Of a stretch of DNA of 64,000 nt, positions 38,265 to 49,097 are shown piece after piece. The stretch is from Candidatus Bathyarchaeota archaeon (GTDB taxonomy: Archaea > Thermoproteota > Bathyarchaeia > Bathyarchaeales > Bathycorpusculaceae): positions 128,001-192,000 of the forward strand of contig CAVYHV010000008.1 of assembly GCA_963768425.1 (NCBI GenBank). Reading direction: 5' to 3'. The position numbers were made by a program, and so were the translations under genes. Numbering within the stretch: the first letter of the stretch is position 1; every line of letters begins with the position of its first letter. Under the pieces are notes generated by a model, which was given only the letters and a program-made list of their open reading frames with translations, did no database searches and had not been told where the DNA came from.

Positions 38265-39065
38265 TTGAACGTGGCGAAACCAGTAATCCTGAAAATCGGC
38301 GGCTCAGCCATCACCGACAAAACGGTTGAGGCTTCTCCGAAAACAGAAATCATAAACCGTTTGGCGGAGGAAATCAAGCGGGCAGATCTTGACAACCTAA
38401 TAATCGTGCACGGCGGCGGAAGCTTCGGTCACCCAGCCGCAGCGAAGTACGGCTTAAAAGATGGGTACAAAGAGGATCCAACGCAGAAACTCGGTTTCGC
38501 GGAAACCCACCACATGATGACCGTTTTGAACGGGCTGGTTATGGACGCGCTTATTTGGCATGAAGTCCCCGCTATCAGCATTGCACCCTCCTGCAGCTTC
38601 ATCACTGAAAACGGGAAAATCAAGTTTTTCGACGATTCAGTGCTCCAGGCAATGACTAAAATGAACTTTACTCCTGTCCTATACGGCGACGCAGTTTTAG
38701 ACGAAAAACTAGGTTTCACAGTTGTTTCAGGCGACCAGCTGGTTGCTTACTTAGCAATCAGGTACAAGGCACAAAAAATCGTCATAGGCGCCGACACAGA
38801 CGGCTTATTTGACGCTGACCCCAAAACTAACCCGAACGCTAAGCCATATAAGCATTTAACGTTAGCCGAGCTGAAGCAGATTCAGCCTAAACTTGGAAAA
38901 GCAGCGGGCACAGACGTAACAGGCGGCATGGCAGGAAAAATCGCCGAGCTCATCCCAGCAATCGAGCAGGGAGTTCACGTTACCGTGACGGGAGCCACTA
39001 AGGGATTATCTATCTTCCGAGCTTTAACAGACCAAAGTGTTTTAGGTACGGAAATCGAGAAGTAG
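38265..39065 (+). CDS. ipk: Isopentenyl phosphate kinase
   Basis: LKIGGSAITDK, VHGGGSFGH, PVLYGD, SGDQ, DVTGGMAGKI. Confidence 0.95.
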   Translation: MNVAKPVILKIGGSAITDKTVEASPKTEIINRLAEEIKRADLDNLIIVHGGGSFGHPAAAKYGLKDGYKEDPTQKLGFAETHHMMTVLNGLVMDALIWHEVPAISIAPSCSFITENGKIKFFDDSVLQAMTKMNFTPVLYGDAVLDEKLGFTVVSGDQLVAYLAIRYKAQKIVIGADTDGLFDADPKTNPNAKPYKHLTLAELKQIQPKLGKAAGTDVTGGMAGKIAELIPAIEQGVHVTVTGATKGLSIFRALTDQSVLGTEIEK

Positions 39066-39069
39066 CAGT

Positions 39070-40171
39070 ATGGCTGAAGAAACGCAGAGCCGCAAGGCAG
39101 ATCACATAAGGATTTGTCTTGAACAAAAAGCCCAAGCAAAAAAAGCCACCGCGGGCTTTGAAGACATCCAGTTCATCCACCGCGCCCTCCCGGAACTTGA
39201 CCGAGAAAAAATCAGCCTAGCCACATCTTTCTTTGGCAAAAAACTCTCAGCGCCAATAATCGTCGGAGCTATGACAGGCGGAACACGAGAAGCCAAAAAA
39301 ATCAATGCTTCAATAGCGCAAGCTGTCGAAGAACTGCATTTGGGCATGGGCGTAGGAAGCCAAAGAGCAGCCATCGAAAACGAAAAACTCGAACTCACCT
39401 ACGCAGTTGCACGCAAAAAAGCGCCAACCGCCTTCCTAATCGCGAACATCGGCGGAGTCCAACTTGCACACGGGTACGGGTTGAAAGAGGCGAGGAAAGC
39501 CGTGGAAATGATCGAGGCGAACGCGTTGGCTATCCACATGAACCCTCTGCAGGAAGCAATCCAACCCGAGGGACAAACCAACTTCCAAGACGTCCTATCA
39601 AAAATCGGAGAAATCGTCGCTGACTTAGATGTGCCTGTAATCGTTAAGGAAACGGGCTGCGGCATTTCTGCGGAGGACGCGAAAGCTTTGGAGGCGGTAG
39701 GCGTAAAAGCTATTGACGTCGGCGGGGTCGGCGGGACAAGTTTCGCGGCGGTTGAATTTTATCGTGCAGTCGGCGGGAAAAAGACGGACGAATTGTTTTG
39801 GGATTGGGGAATCCCAACAACTGTGAGCCTGATTGAAACAACCCAAACAGTAAAAATCCCTGTTGTTGCTTCAGGTGGAGTACGAAACGGCATTGACGTT
39901 GCAAAGTCTATAGCGTTAAACGCAAGTCTTAGCAAGCCTATCCCAGCCTGTGCTTGAAGCTGCCGTTAAAGGAGCCCAAGAAACCCAAAAGCTGCTTTCC
40001 TGCTTAATCAATGATCTGCGTAACGTCATGTTTCTTGTCGGCGCCAAAAACATTGAATCCCTCGCGAAGGTGCCAGCGGTAGTGACGGGAAAAACCGCGG
40101 AGTGGCTTAATATCAGAGGATTCGATACTGCAATTTACGCTCAGAGGAGACCCGTGACGTTTGAATATTGA
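39070..40171 (+). CDS. fni: Type 2 isopentenyl-diphosphate delta-isomerase (frameshift near 39930)
   Basis: RKADHI, AMTGG, GVGSQRA, HMNPLQE..QPEG, VKETGCG, GGTSF, ASGGVRNG; C-terminus continues in the 39950-40171 frame (MFLVGA). Confidence 0.93.
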
Positions 40172-41230
40172 AAAGTTTCTTGAAGAAAAGGCCCGTTAAT
40201 TGACAAGGCCATCGAAAAATACGTTCCGAGAAAATTTACTGAAGACTCGCTTCTTTTCAAAGTTGACCCGCCTGCATACAGCTACAACCTGCAACCTCTC
40301 AACAAGGCGATTGCGGATCCGATTTGGGACATGCTGGACCGAGGCGGAAAAAGATGGCGTCCAGCTCTTTTCTTGCTAATATGCGAGGCGCTTGGCAACA
40401 GCTCTGACTACTGCTTAGACTTCTCTATTATTCCGGAAGTCATACACAACGGCACCTTGGTAGTTGATGACATTGAAGACGCCTCAGAGCTTCGCCGAGG
40501 CAAACCATGCACCTACAAAATCTTCCAAATGGACATAGCCGTCAACGCGGGAAATGCCATGTACTACCTTCCCCTTTTGCCGTTGATGCTGCAGAGATCA
40601 GACATTACAGCTGAAATGCAGCGGGACGTTTACGAAGTCTATGTTCAAGAAATGATTAATCTCAGCTTGGGACAAGCCATGGACATAGCGTGGCACAGAG
40701 GGTTAGCCAACGCTGACCAGCTTCGCGAAGAGGATTACCTGCAGATGTGCGCTTACAAAACAGGTACTCTTGCACGAATGGCAGCGAAAATGGCTGGGGT
40801 TCTAGCTGGCGCAAACAAGCCACTCGTAGAAAAACTTGGACGTTTAGCCGAAAGCATCGGGGTAGCGTTCCAGATGCAAGATGACATTTTAGATTTGACC
40901 GGAGTCGATTTTGCAAAGAAGAAAGGCGGAGTCGGACAAGACATCACCGAGGGCAAACGAACCCTGATGGTCATTTACACAATAGGAAAAGCCAACGCAA
41001 CCGACAAGAAACGGCTTATCCAGATCCTTAACATGCATACCTCCGAACAGGCGCTAAGGGACGAAGCCATTGCCCTATTGAAGAAGTACGACGCCATACA
41101 ACACGTCAAACGCACAGCGGAAAAAATGGTTGAGGAAAGCTGGACCGAAACTGAAAAATTGCTGCCTACACCTCTGGCTAAGGAAAAATTAAAAGCGTTC
41201 GCTGAATTCTTGATTAAAAGAAACAAGTAG
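40161..41230 (+). CDS. idsA: Geranylgeranyl diphosphate synthase / polyprenyl synthetase (frameshift near 40192)
   Basis: GGKRWRP, VDDIED..ELRRG, GQAMD, KTG, FQMQDDILD, DITEGK; N-terminus MNIEKFLEEK is in a shifted frame. Confidence 0.9.
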
Positions 41231-41248
41231 TGAGCGAGCGTAACCGGT

Positions 41249-43000
41249 TTGGCATTAGAAAAAAATAACGACTTAAAAGAGCTTGTTCGGAAAGCCGCTT
41301 TGTTAAACGCTGTCTCTCATGATGGCAAAGCTCAAGCAGGCGCTTTAGTCGGTAAGATTCTCGGCGAAAGAGCTGACCTGCGATCAAAGGTGAAGGAGCT
41401 TTCAGGCGTTATCAACACAGTTGTAGGCGAAGTCAATAGTCTCACGTTAGCAGAGCAGAAAGCAATTGTTGAGACGAATTGGCCTGAAACCCAAAAGAAA
41501 GAGAAAGCAGAAGAGAAGCATCTTTCCCCTTTGCCCAACGCCGAAAAGTATCCTTTGATTGTGACTCGTTTCTCCCCAAACCCTGACTGCGTCCTGCATT
41601 TGGGTTCTGCAAGAGCTATCCTTCTCAGTCACGAATACGCACGCATCTACAAGGGCAAATTCATCCTGCGCTTCGAAGATACAGACCCCAAAGTGAAGAG
41701 GCCGTCGCTGGTTTTCTACGACAGCATCAGACAAGATTTGATGTGGCTCGGTTGCAAAGTCGACGAAGAATACATCCAAAGCGATCGGCTCCCAATCTAT
41801 TATGAATACACAGAACGACTCATTGGAGACGGCAACGCCTACATCTGTGAATGCCCCTCTGAGGAGTTCCGCAAAAAAACCTTGGAAAAACATGCCTGCC
41901 CATGCCGAAATGTACCTGCAAAAGACCAGTTGGAACGCTGGAAACGCATGTTAAACGGCAGCTACGCCGAGGGGCAAGCAGTTGTACGAGTAAAAACGGA
42001 CATTGAACATCCCAACCCAGCCGTCAGAGACTGGCCAGCCCTAAGAGTTGTTGACACAAAAAAGTATCCCCATCCAAGAGTAGGAAGCAAATACATCGTT
42101 TGGCCTCTCTACAATTTGGCAGCAGGCTTAGACGACCACCTGATGGGGATGACCCACATCATCCGAGGCAAGGAACACTACACCAACATGGTGCGCCAAA
42201 AATACATGTACCAACACTTGGGCTGGGAATACCCTGAAGCGATACATTACGGCAGGCTAAAAATCACAGGCGCATTCCTGAGCAAATCAAAAATTGTTCA
42301 AGGAGTAAAAGACGGCACGTACACAGGCTACGATGATCCGCGGCTTGGAACCTTCGCCGCCTTGAGGAAAAGAGGCTTCACACCCGAAGCTATCAAAAAA
42401 ATGATAATAGACGTCGGCACAAAACCAAACGACGTCACCCTAAGCTGGGAAAACCTGTTTTCATACAACCGCAAAATCCTTGACGCTGCAAGCAACCGGT
42501 ACTTCTTCGTTGCTGAACCTATTGAACTTAATGTTCTAAACTTGCCGAAAACCTTCCAAGCAAAGCTTCCTCTGCACCCTGAAAAGCCTGAACGCGGCTT
42601 TAGAGAATACACAATCGCTCCCGAAGGCGAGGGTCAACAGACTAGATTCTGGGTCTCAAAGAAGGACACCGGGGCGCTAGAAACTGGCAAAGTTGTGAGG
42701 CTGATGGAACTCTTCAACGTCAAAGTCGAAGCTAAAACAGCCGACACCTTGACAGCGTCGTTCGCTAGCGAGTCATATGAGGATGTGAGAAAAATTAAGG
42801 TTCAGCTTATCCAGTGGATTCTCAAAGACGCAGAGTACCCTTGCCAAGTTGTTATGCCTGACGCTTCAGTTGCCGAGGGATATGCCGAAAGCGCCTGCAA
42901 AAAGTTAAAGCCTGACGCCATAATACAGTTTGAACGTTTCGGATTCACCAGAATCGACCAGGTAAACGAAAAAATGGTCGCTTATTACGCTCATAAATAA
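41249..43000 (+). CDS. gltX: Glutamate--tRNA ligase
   Basis: TRFSPNP..LHLGS, LRFEDTDP, THIIRGKEH, LSKS, QFERFGF. Confidence 0.97.
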   Translation: MALEKNNDLKELVRKAALLNAVSHDGKAQAGALVGKILGERADLRSKVKELSGVINTVVGEVNSLTLAEQKAIVETNWPETQKKEKAEEKHLSPLPNAEKYPLIVTRFSPNPDCVLHLGSARAILLSHEYARIYKGKFILRFEDTDPKVKRPSLVFYDSIRQDLMWLGCKVDEEYIQSDRLPIYYEYTERLIGDGNAYICECPSEEFRKKTLEKHACPCRNVPAKDQLERWKRMLNGSYAEGQAVVRVKTDIEHPNPAVRDWPALRVVDTKKYPHPRVGSKYIVWPLYNLAAGLDDHLMGMTHIIRGKEHYTNMVRQKYMYQHLGWEYPEAIHYGRLKITGAFLSKSKIVQGVKDGTYTGYDDPRLGTFAALRKRGFTPEAIKKMIIDVGTKPNDVTLSWENLFSYNRKILDAASNRYFFVAEPIELNVLNLPKTFQAKLPLHPEKPERGFREYTIAPEGEGQQTRFWVSKKDTGALETGKVVRLMELFNVKVEAKTADTLTASFASESYEDVRKIKVQLIQWILKDAEYPCQVVMPDASVAEGYAESACKKLKPDAIIQFERFGFTRIDQVNEKMVAYYAHK

Positions 43001-43004
43001 GGGG

Positions 43005-43316
43005 ATGAATAAGATGAAAAAACTCGACAAAGCAATAATTTGGCCGATTTACTTTGACGCCAACAAAACCAGAAGAAACGGGCGCCGGGTCGCTAAGAAC
43101 TTAGCTGTGCAGTCGCCGAAAATCGATGAAGTTAAAATAGCAGTTGATAGGCTGGGATTAAAGAACGAGGTAAGGCTTGAAGCTCACTTCCCAAGGATAC
43201 CTTGGGCGAAGACCGGAATGTTGCTCGTTGAAAAGAAAGAGGCAAAAGAAAAAATAATTCAGAAAATCGCGAAACAACTGGTAAAGATGAAAAATGCTAC
43301 TGTGAAAACGCAGTAG
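43005..43316 (+). CDS. srp19: Signal recognition particle protein SRP19
   Basis: IIWPIYFD..KTRRNGRRV...AV..P, FPR.PW..G. Confidence 0.93.
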   Translation: MNKMKKLDKAIIWPIYFDANKTRRNGRRVAKNLAVQSPKIDEVKIAVDRLGLKNEVRLEAHFPRIPWAKTGMLLVEKKEAKEKIIQKIAKQLVKMKNATVKTQ

Positions 43317-43317
43317 A

Positions 43318-43717
43318 TTATGCTTTTTCTTTTCTCGGTATCAGAACCGCGTTGATTATGCCGTCGTTTCCCGGGCGGCTGCTAACCTTTGCTAAGCCTA
43401 TATGTAGTTTCGATTTCTGCGCCTTTAGTTATAACGCCTCTGCGGTTGTAATCAACATTTGCCGCGTTGCGGACGACACGGGTTATTTCGGTTTTCTGTG
43501 TTTTTCCCGTTTTAGGGTCGGTTACTGAAGCGAATTTGTCACTTAGAACTTTCACTTTGGTGTTGCCGCCCATGCCTCGGGTGGTTTTCCTTTTAGGTTC
43601 GCCGAGGATTGTTTCCGCTGGGAACCCGCCTTCCTCGTATTTTTTCTTTACTCGGTAGGCTCGTTTTTTGCCGCCTGAACGTTTTCTTTTGCGTAAGGTG
43701 CCATGCCAGACTGACAT
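43318..43717 (-). CDS. rps8e: 30S ribosomal protein S8e (frameshift near 43403)
   Basis: RKRSGG, RGMGGN.K, N..YNRRGVITKGA; the shifted frame restores IGLAKVSSRPGNDGIINAVLI to a stop at 43318. Confidence 0.95.
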
Positions 43718-43911
43718 TTTCTACATTTCCTATGAATATTTTATCGCGTAGTCACTAAAACAGTAAATTTCCATATAAACGTATCCGTCTGACTCCTCGC
43801 TCTGCTGATTGTTTTCCTTCAAAGGCTTCTTTGGGCTATGATTGATTTGCAAGAAATCCTAAGCCGAAGCCTTCGAGCATCTCAGCTGTGGCGTTTCGCC
43901 GTTTCTTGAGG

Positions 43912-44511
43912 TTACGTTCCAAGGTCGTCTTTTAGTGCCTCGCCGAATATTCGCTTTAGGTCTTTCTTCATCAGGGTAATGTCATGCGTTAGTCCGAAGT
44001 AGTCGGCGAAGTAGTCTGTTGTCCTCAAAGCCATAGAGCGCCCGCTTCTCTCCGAAATGATTAGTCCCATCTCCTTAAGCAGCTTCACATGCCCATACGC
44101 GTGTTGTCCACGCACGTCAATCACCCTTTTCTGTGAAATAGGCTGACGTAAAGCGATGTACGAGAGCGTTTTTAGCGGTCCTGAGGACAGCAACGGCTTA
44201 TTCACTAGCTTCTTGATCAAAGGGGTAAACTCCGCCTTAACCTGCAGTACATAGCGTTCGTCTTTCAGCGCCAGTATTTCAAGCGACGTATTCCGCGCCG
44301 TGTACTCTCTCCTGAGAAACTCAGCGTACTTTTGCGCTTTCTTTTTGCTGCGGCTGCCTATCACCTGGCACAACTCGTTAAGGTCCAGTGGGCGACCAGC
44401 AATGTAAAGCGCCGCCTCCAATAAGGCAACGCAGTGAGATTGCCGCTCCGCCTCATGAGCTTGCTCTCCTTCAGGGTTCAGTTCAGTTTCTTGTTCCTTC
44501 GGCTTTTCCAA
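43912..44511 (-). CDS. scpB: Segregation and condensation protein B
   Basis: LEAALYIAG.PL, LKTLSYIA..QPI, VRG, TTDYFADYFGL. Confidence 0.93.
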   Translation of the reverse strand: MEKPKEQETELNPEGEQAHEAERQSHCVALLEAALYIAGRPLDLNELCQVIGSRSKKKAQKYAEFLRREYTARNTSLEILALKDERYVLQVKAEFTPLIKKLVNKPLLSSGPLKTLSYIALRQPISQKRVIDVRGQHAYGHVKLLKEMGLIISERSGRSMALRTTDYFADYFGLTHDITLMKKDLKRIFGEALKDDLGT

Positions 44512-45199
44512 CGTTCAGTTTCCCCACAGCAATGTATAATTCTTCAGTTTCCTCATTCTGCCACAAACTAACCAACCCATCCTGCGCCAGAAACAGCAGG
44601 TAAATGAAAGTTCGCAACGCCTCAATTCTGGTCATCGATTTGGTGAGGGTTGAGAAATCAATTATTCCTGAACCTCCAAGTTTGTCTGTTAAGAGAGCGT
44701 ATAAATTGTTGATTTGCAGCTCGATTTCGGCAATGAACTGATCGAACTGCGGAAGCAAATCAGTTACAGAAGGCAAAATCGGGTGCTGCTCAACCACATG
44801 GTTCAAGTTAAGCAATCGCTCGCCTTTGAGCACATCGTCTAAAACTTCAAGCAGATGCTGGATGGTTGTTGACGTCAATTCGTGCCTGAGCGGGAGAAAC
44901 AGCGGCGGCGGAACATAATCCGTGGGAACCCGAGGCGGCGGCGCAGGCGCTTCTTGCAACGTAAGCAATAGCTTAGACTTCATCAAGTAAATTAGGGCAG
45001 AAGAATCTAAAGCGACGCCTGACGCTCGGAAATCGGTTTTGTCCGTTCGCTCCATTTCAGCAAGGAACGACCGCAGGAGGTAAGCGATATTAACGTTCCA
45101 AGGTGTAAGTTTTTCAAGTTTGCTGATTTCAAACAGGATGTTCCAGGGCGGACGCAGATAGAACGGCTTCCTAATGGGGGCTGGTGTTTCTGCAGCCAT
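44483..45199 (-). CDS. scpA: Segregation and condensation protein A (kleisin)
   Basis: PWNVNI, FRASG..L..S...Y.MKS, FIYLLFLAQDG.V.LWQ. Confidence 0.9.
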   Translation of the reverse strand: MAAETPAPIRKPFYLRPPWNILFEISKLEKLTPWNVNIAYLLRSFLAEMERTDKTDFRASGVALDSSALIYLMKSKLLLTLQEAPAPPPRVPTDYVPPPLFLPLRHELTSTTIQHLLEVLDDVLKGERLLNLNHVVEQHPILPSVTDLLPQFDQFIAEIELQINNLYALLTDKLGGSGIIDFSTLTKSMTRIEALRTFIYLLFLAQDGLVSLWQNEETEELYIAVGKLNVGKAEGTRN

Positions 45200-48100
45200 T
45201 TATCTCGCTGCCTCCGATGGAGGGAACTTCGCAGTTACTACGTTTGAGACTCCGTTGCGTTCGTAGACGCCGTAGACTTTCTGTGCTTTATTCACCATTT
45301 CTGGCCTGAGGGTGATTACTATGAACTGCATTTTTGCCGCCTCATCAAGCAACAAATCTGCGAGCAAACCTGTGTGGTAAGCATCCAAGTGTGCGTCAAC
45401 CTCGTCCAAAATATAGAATGAGGCTGGCGTGAAATCTTTAAGCGAAAAAATGAAGGCAACTGCTGCGATTGAGCGTTCGCCCCCGCTTGCACCACTGACG
45501 ACGATCGAAGGCTTATTCGGAAACTGAACAAGCATGTCTATGCCCCCTGAAAAGGGTTCTTCGGGGTTTTCAAGCTTAATCGTAGCTTCTCCGCCGCCAG
45601 TAAGCTTGGCAAAGTAGCCTTTGAGGCTGTTATTGATTTTGTCGAAGGCATCCATGAAAACCTTGCGTTTTTTAGCTTCAATCTCATCCATAAACTGCAC
45701 GATTGCTTGTTTTTCTCTTTCCAACTCGTTAAGTCGAACAGAAAGCTCCCGATAACGGGAAAGCTGGTCGGCATAATGGGAAAGCGCGAGCTGGTTGATG
45801 GCACCGATTCTTTCCATTTCAAACTGCATCATTCGAATAGTAATTTCCGCTTCCTCAACCTGCTTTTGATTAGTGTCTAGCGGCTGCTCATATCCGTAAA
45901 GGCGTAGTTGACTTTGAAGCTGTTGCAGACGAAGTTGACTAGTTTCAGTGCTGAGCTGCAGCTGATTCAGCAGTCGGTCAGCCACCTCATACTCGGTGTC
46001 GAGCAACCGAAGTTCAGCGTCGATAGCGTCTATCTGTGCCGTGAACTTTTTGGATTCTTCCCTTGCAGAAAACACTGCTTTTGAGAGTTCAACGCGGCTT
46101 TTTTCTTGCTCGTCAAGTGTCTTCTTTACAGTGTCACGTTCCTGCAGGGCTTCTAAAACTTCTTTTTCTAGTTTTCTCTGTTGCTGCTCAACCCTGACTA
46201 TCTGAATCTTGATGTTCTTGTAGCCGTTGCGCAGAACCCTATCGAACTGTGACTGAAAAGTTGAAATCTCTGTTTGCGTTGACCCAGAGTTCTGTTTGAG
46301 TTTGTTGATTTCTTCCCCAAGTTTTTCACGTTCAACCTCAAGCGCTTGAATATTCTTAACGTCGGTTTTCAGTCTTAAGTTGGCGATGTCCGCTCGTAAC
46401 TTTTGGTCTTCGTGCTAGGATGGTGTTGCGCTCGTTTCTGTAAACTTCCATCCGTCCTTTGTAGGATGCAGCTTCACGTTCAAGCTTGCTGCCGTACTTT
46501 TCCGTGTACCGAATATTAAACTGGGTTCGCTTAACGCCCCGTTTGATCCTTACTATTTCTCGATCCAGAGTCGCTATGCCTTCGGCTAGTCGGGTCATCT
46601 CGATTTTTGACCGTTCAACTTCTTCCTCTAAACCAGTAATGTCCGTTCCCCTTTGGGTCAGGTGTGTCTGTAGGGCGTTGACGGCTTCATCGAGGCTTTT
46701 GAGGGCGTTTTCGCTCGGGATAATCGTCGAGAAATCGATGGGTGCACGGTAGTACCCGCTTTCGAAGGCGCCGGACTCGTATAGGTCGCCGTTGACGGTT
46801 ACGGCTCGATAGCCTTGGTTTGATAGCGCAAAAGCTACTTTATCGTTTGATACCACCATTGTATCTCCGAAAACGTAGTTCACCGCCAACTCATAGTTGC
46901 TATCGTACTTCATGAAGCTGGAAAGAGCTCCAACCACGCCTTCACGATTAGGAACGGGTTTATTTTTGGCGATTATGGAGCCTTGCAAGGGGATAATTTT
47001 GATTCTCCCCAGTTTCATGCGTCGTAACGTTTCGGCGCAGGTGAAGGCTGAGTCAAGGTTTGCCACAACCAGAGCTTCAAGCCAGCCAGTCGCTGCTGCC
47101 TCAATGGCTTTCTTGTAATTCCGATCAATCTTGATTAGGTTGCGCAGCCTGCCGTGGATTCCGTTGATTGCCCCAACATTTCCCATCTCCTCGATGCTTC
47201 TGAGTGCTTTTTCTTCAGCAGCAATGGTGGCTGCAAGGTTCCTTTGCGTAGCAAACTCGATCACGGCTGCTTTAGCTGAAGTTGCAATTTTTTCGGCTTC
47301 CACGATTTCTTTTTCAACAGTTTCTTTCTGCGTTTTTTTGCGTTCGATTGTTGTTTCAAGGTTTTTAAGCTGGTTTTTCTGATCTTTTTGCACTTGCTCA
47401 AGCTCAACGAGTGACTTTTCGATTTCCGCGAGGTTCGTTTGGAATCTTTCTTTGCGCACGGCTAAGTTTTTGATCCTTCCAGTACACAAACGTAGCGCTG
47501 CTTTTTCCTGGTTGTAAACCGAATGTAAATATGCGATGCGTTTAACGTGATTGTCGATTAAAGCCTGTTTCGCAACTATTTCTTCATTGTTGCTGTCCAG
47601 TCCACCCCAAAGTTCAGTAGTTTGCTTCGCCAACGTGTCATGCTCTGTCTGTCTTTGAGCAAGGGTTTCTTGGATTTTGCCGAGTTCACTTCGGAATCCT
47701 CTGATTTTGAGGCGGTTTTCACGAATCTCATTTCGAATGTTCTCCTGTTGAGTTACATTGTTTTCACGTACCCGCTTAAGGCTCTCCATAGTACTTTGCC
47801 CAGAATTGATTTTTGTGTTCAACTCTGTCATTTTGGATTTTAGTTCGCCGATGGTGATTTGAACCTTAAGGACCTGAGAGCCGCCTTCTTCGAGGTTTTC
47901 GCCGCTTAGCTTACGCCATTCTCCTTCAACGTCATGGCGCTTGCCCCTGCGAAGATCCCGTTGCTCTTTGAGTTTATCAACTCTGCTCTGGACCTTTTCA
48001 GTTTGGTTTTTTGTCTCATTTAGTTTGGCGTTTATTTGGGCGACGTCACTTGAGATTTTGATTGCTTGAAACTTTTTGGTTTCCGTTTGAATGAAATTGT

Positions 48101-48755
48101 AGCGCAAGAGTTGGTTGCGTTCCCGCTCCAAATCATCAAGACGCTTCTGTACTTCGTCTATTCTTCCCATAGCAGTACGGATTGAAATATCGGCAGCACG
48201 GAGCTTTTCTTCCGCTTCAACCTTCTCCGAATCGTATTGACCTATGCCGACCAGATCTTCGATAATTTTTCGCCGCTCTAAAGAGTTGATTTCTGTGAGC
48301 CTTGTAAGAGTACCTTGCGGGATGATGTTTTGGCTCATACTGCTAATCGAGCTCATGGACAGGGTTTCAGTGATGTAAGCCCTTGACATTCTCCTGCCGT
48401 TTAATCGGTAAACGCTTTGTCCGTTCCTGAAAACCTCACGGGAAATAGTCACCGTTGTAGTGTCAACTGGCATTGTGCCATCTGTATTGTCAAATTGGAT
48501 GACGACCTTAGCCATCTTTGCTTTCTCCTGTCCAGCCTTATCTGAACCGTGAAAAATCAGGCTGGCGGCGTTTTCGGCACGCAGTCTTCTTGTGCTTAGT
48601 TCACCAAGCGAAAAAAGCACGGAGTCAATGATGTTTGATTTTCCGCTTCCGTTAGGACCTGTGAATGCCGTGAATCCTTTGTCTAAGGATATTTTGATTG
48701 TCTGCGGCCCAAAAGATTTGAAACCTTTCAACTCGATTTTTTTTATGTAGGGCAT
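45200..48755 (-). CDS. smc: Chromosome partition protein Smc (frameshift near 46415)
   Basis: GFKSF, GPNGSGKSN, Q-loop PQG, hinge GIHGRL..VTVNGD, SGGERS, YILDEVDAHLD; the shifted frame is open from about 46410 to 45200. Confidence 0.95.
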
Positions 48756-49097
48756 TTAGCCTATATCCTCACGGCAAACAGTCTAGCTCATTTTAACATC
48801 TCATCAACATACGTATAAAAGCTTATAGCACCTACACGCTGTCTTAGCACTCTTTACTGGAACTCTTGAATCTCAAAATTTAAGAAAATTTGGATTTGTT
48901 TGACTAAAATTTCCCCTTGAACATTCCCTCGATTTACAAGTATTTACTAGACCAATATCGCCTGTTAAGGGTATCATACTTAGAGCTGAAAAGAATCGTT
49001 GTTTTTCAAAATTGTAAATCAAAAAATGTCGGAGAAGCACAACCAATTAATGCTTAGAGAGGCAATTTAGAGTGTAATTGGGACAGAGGGATTAGTA

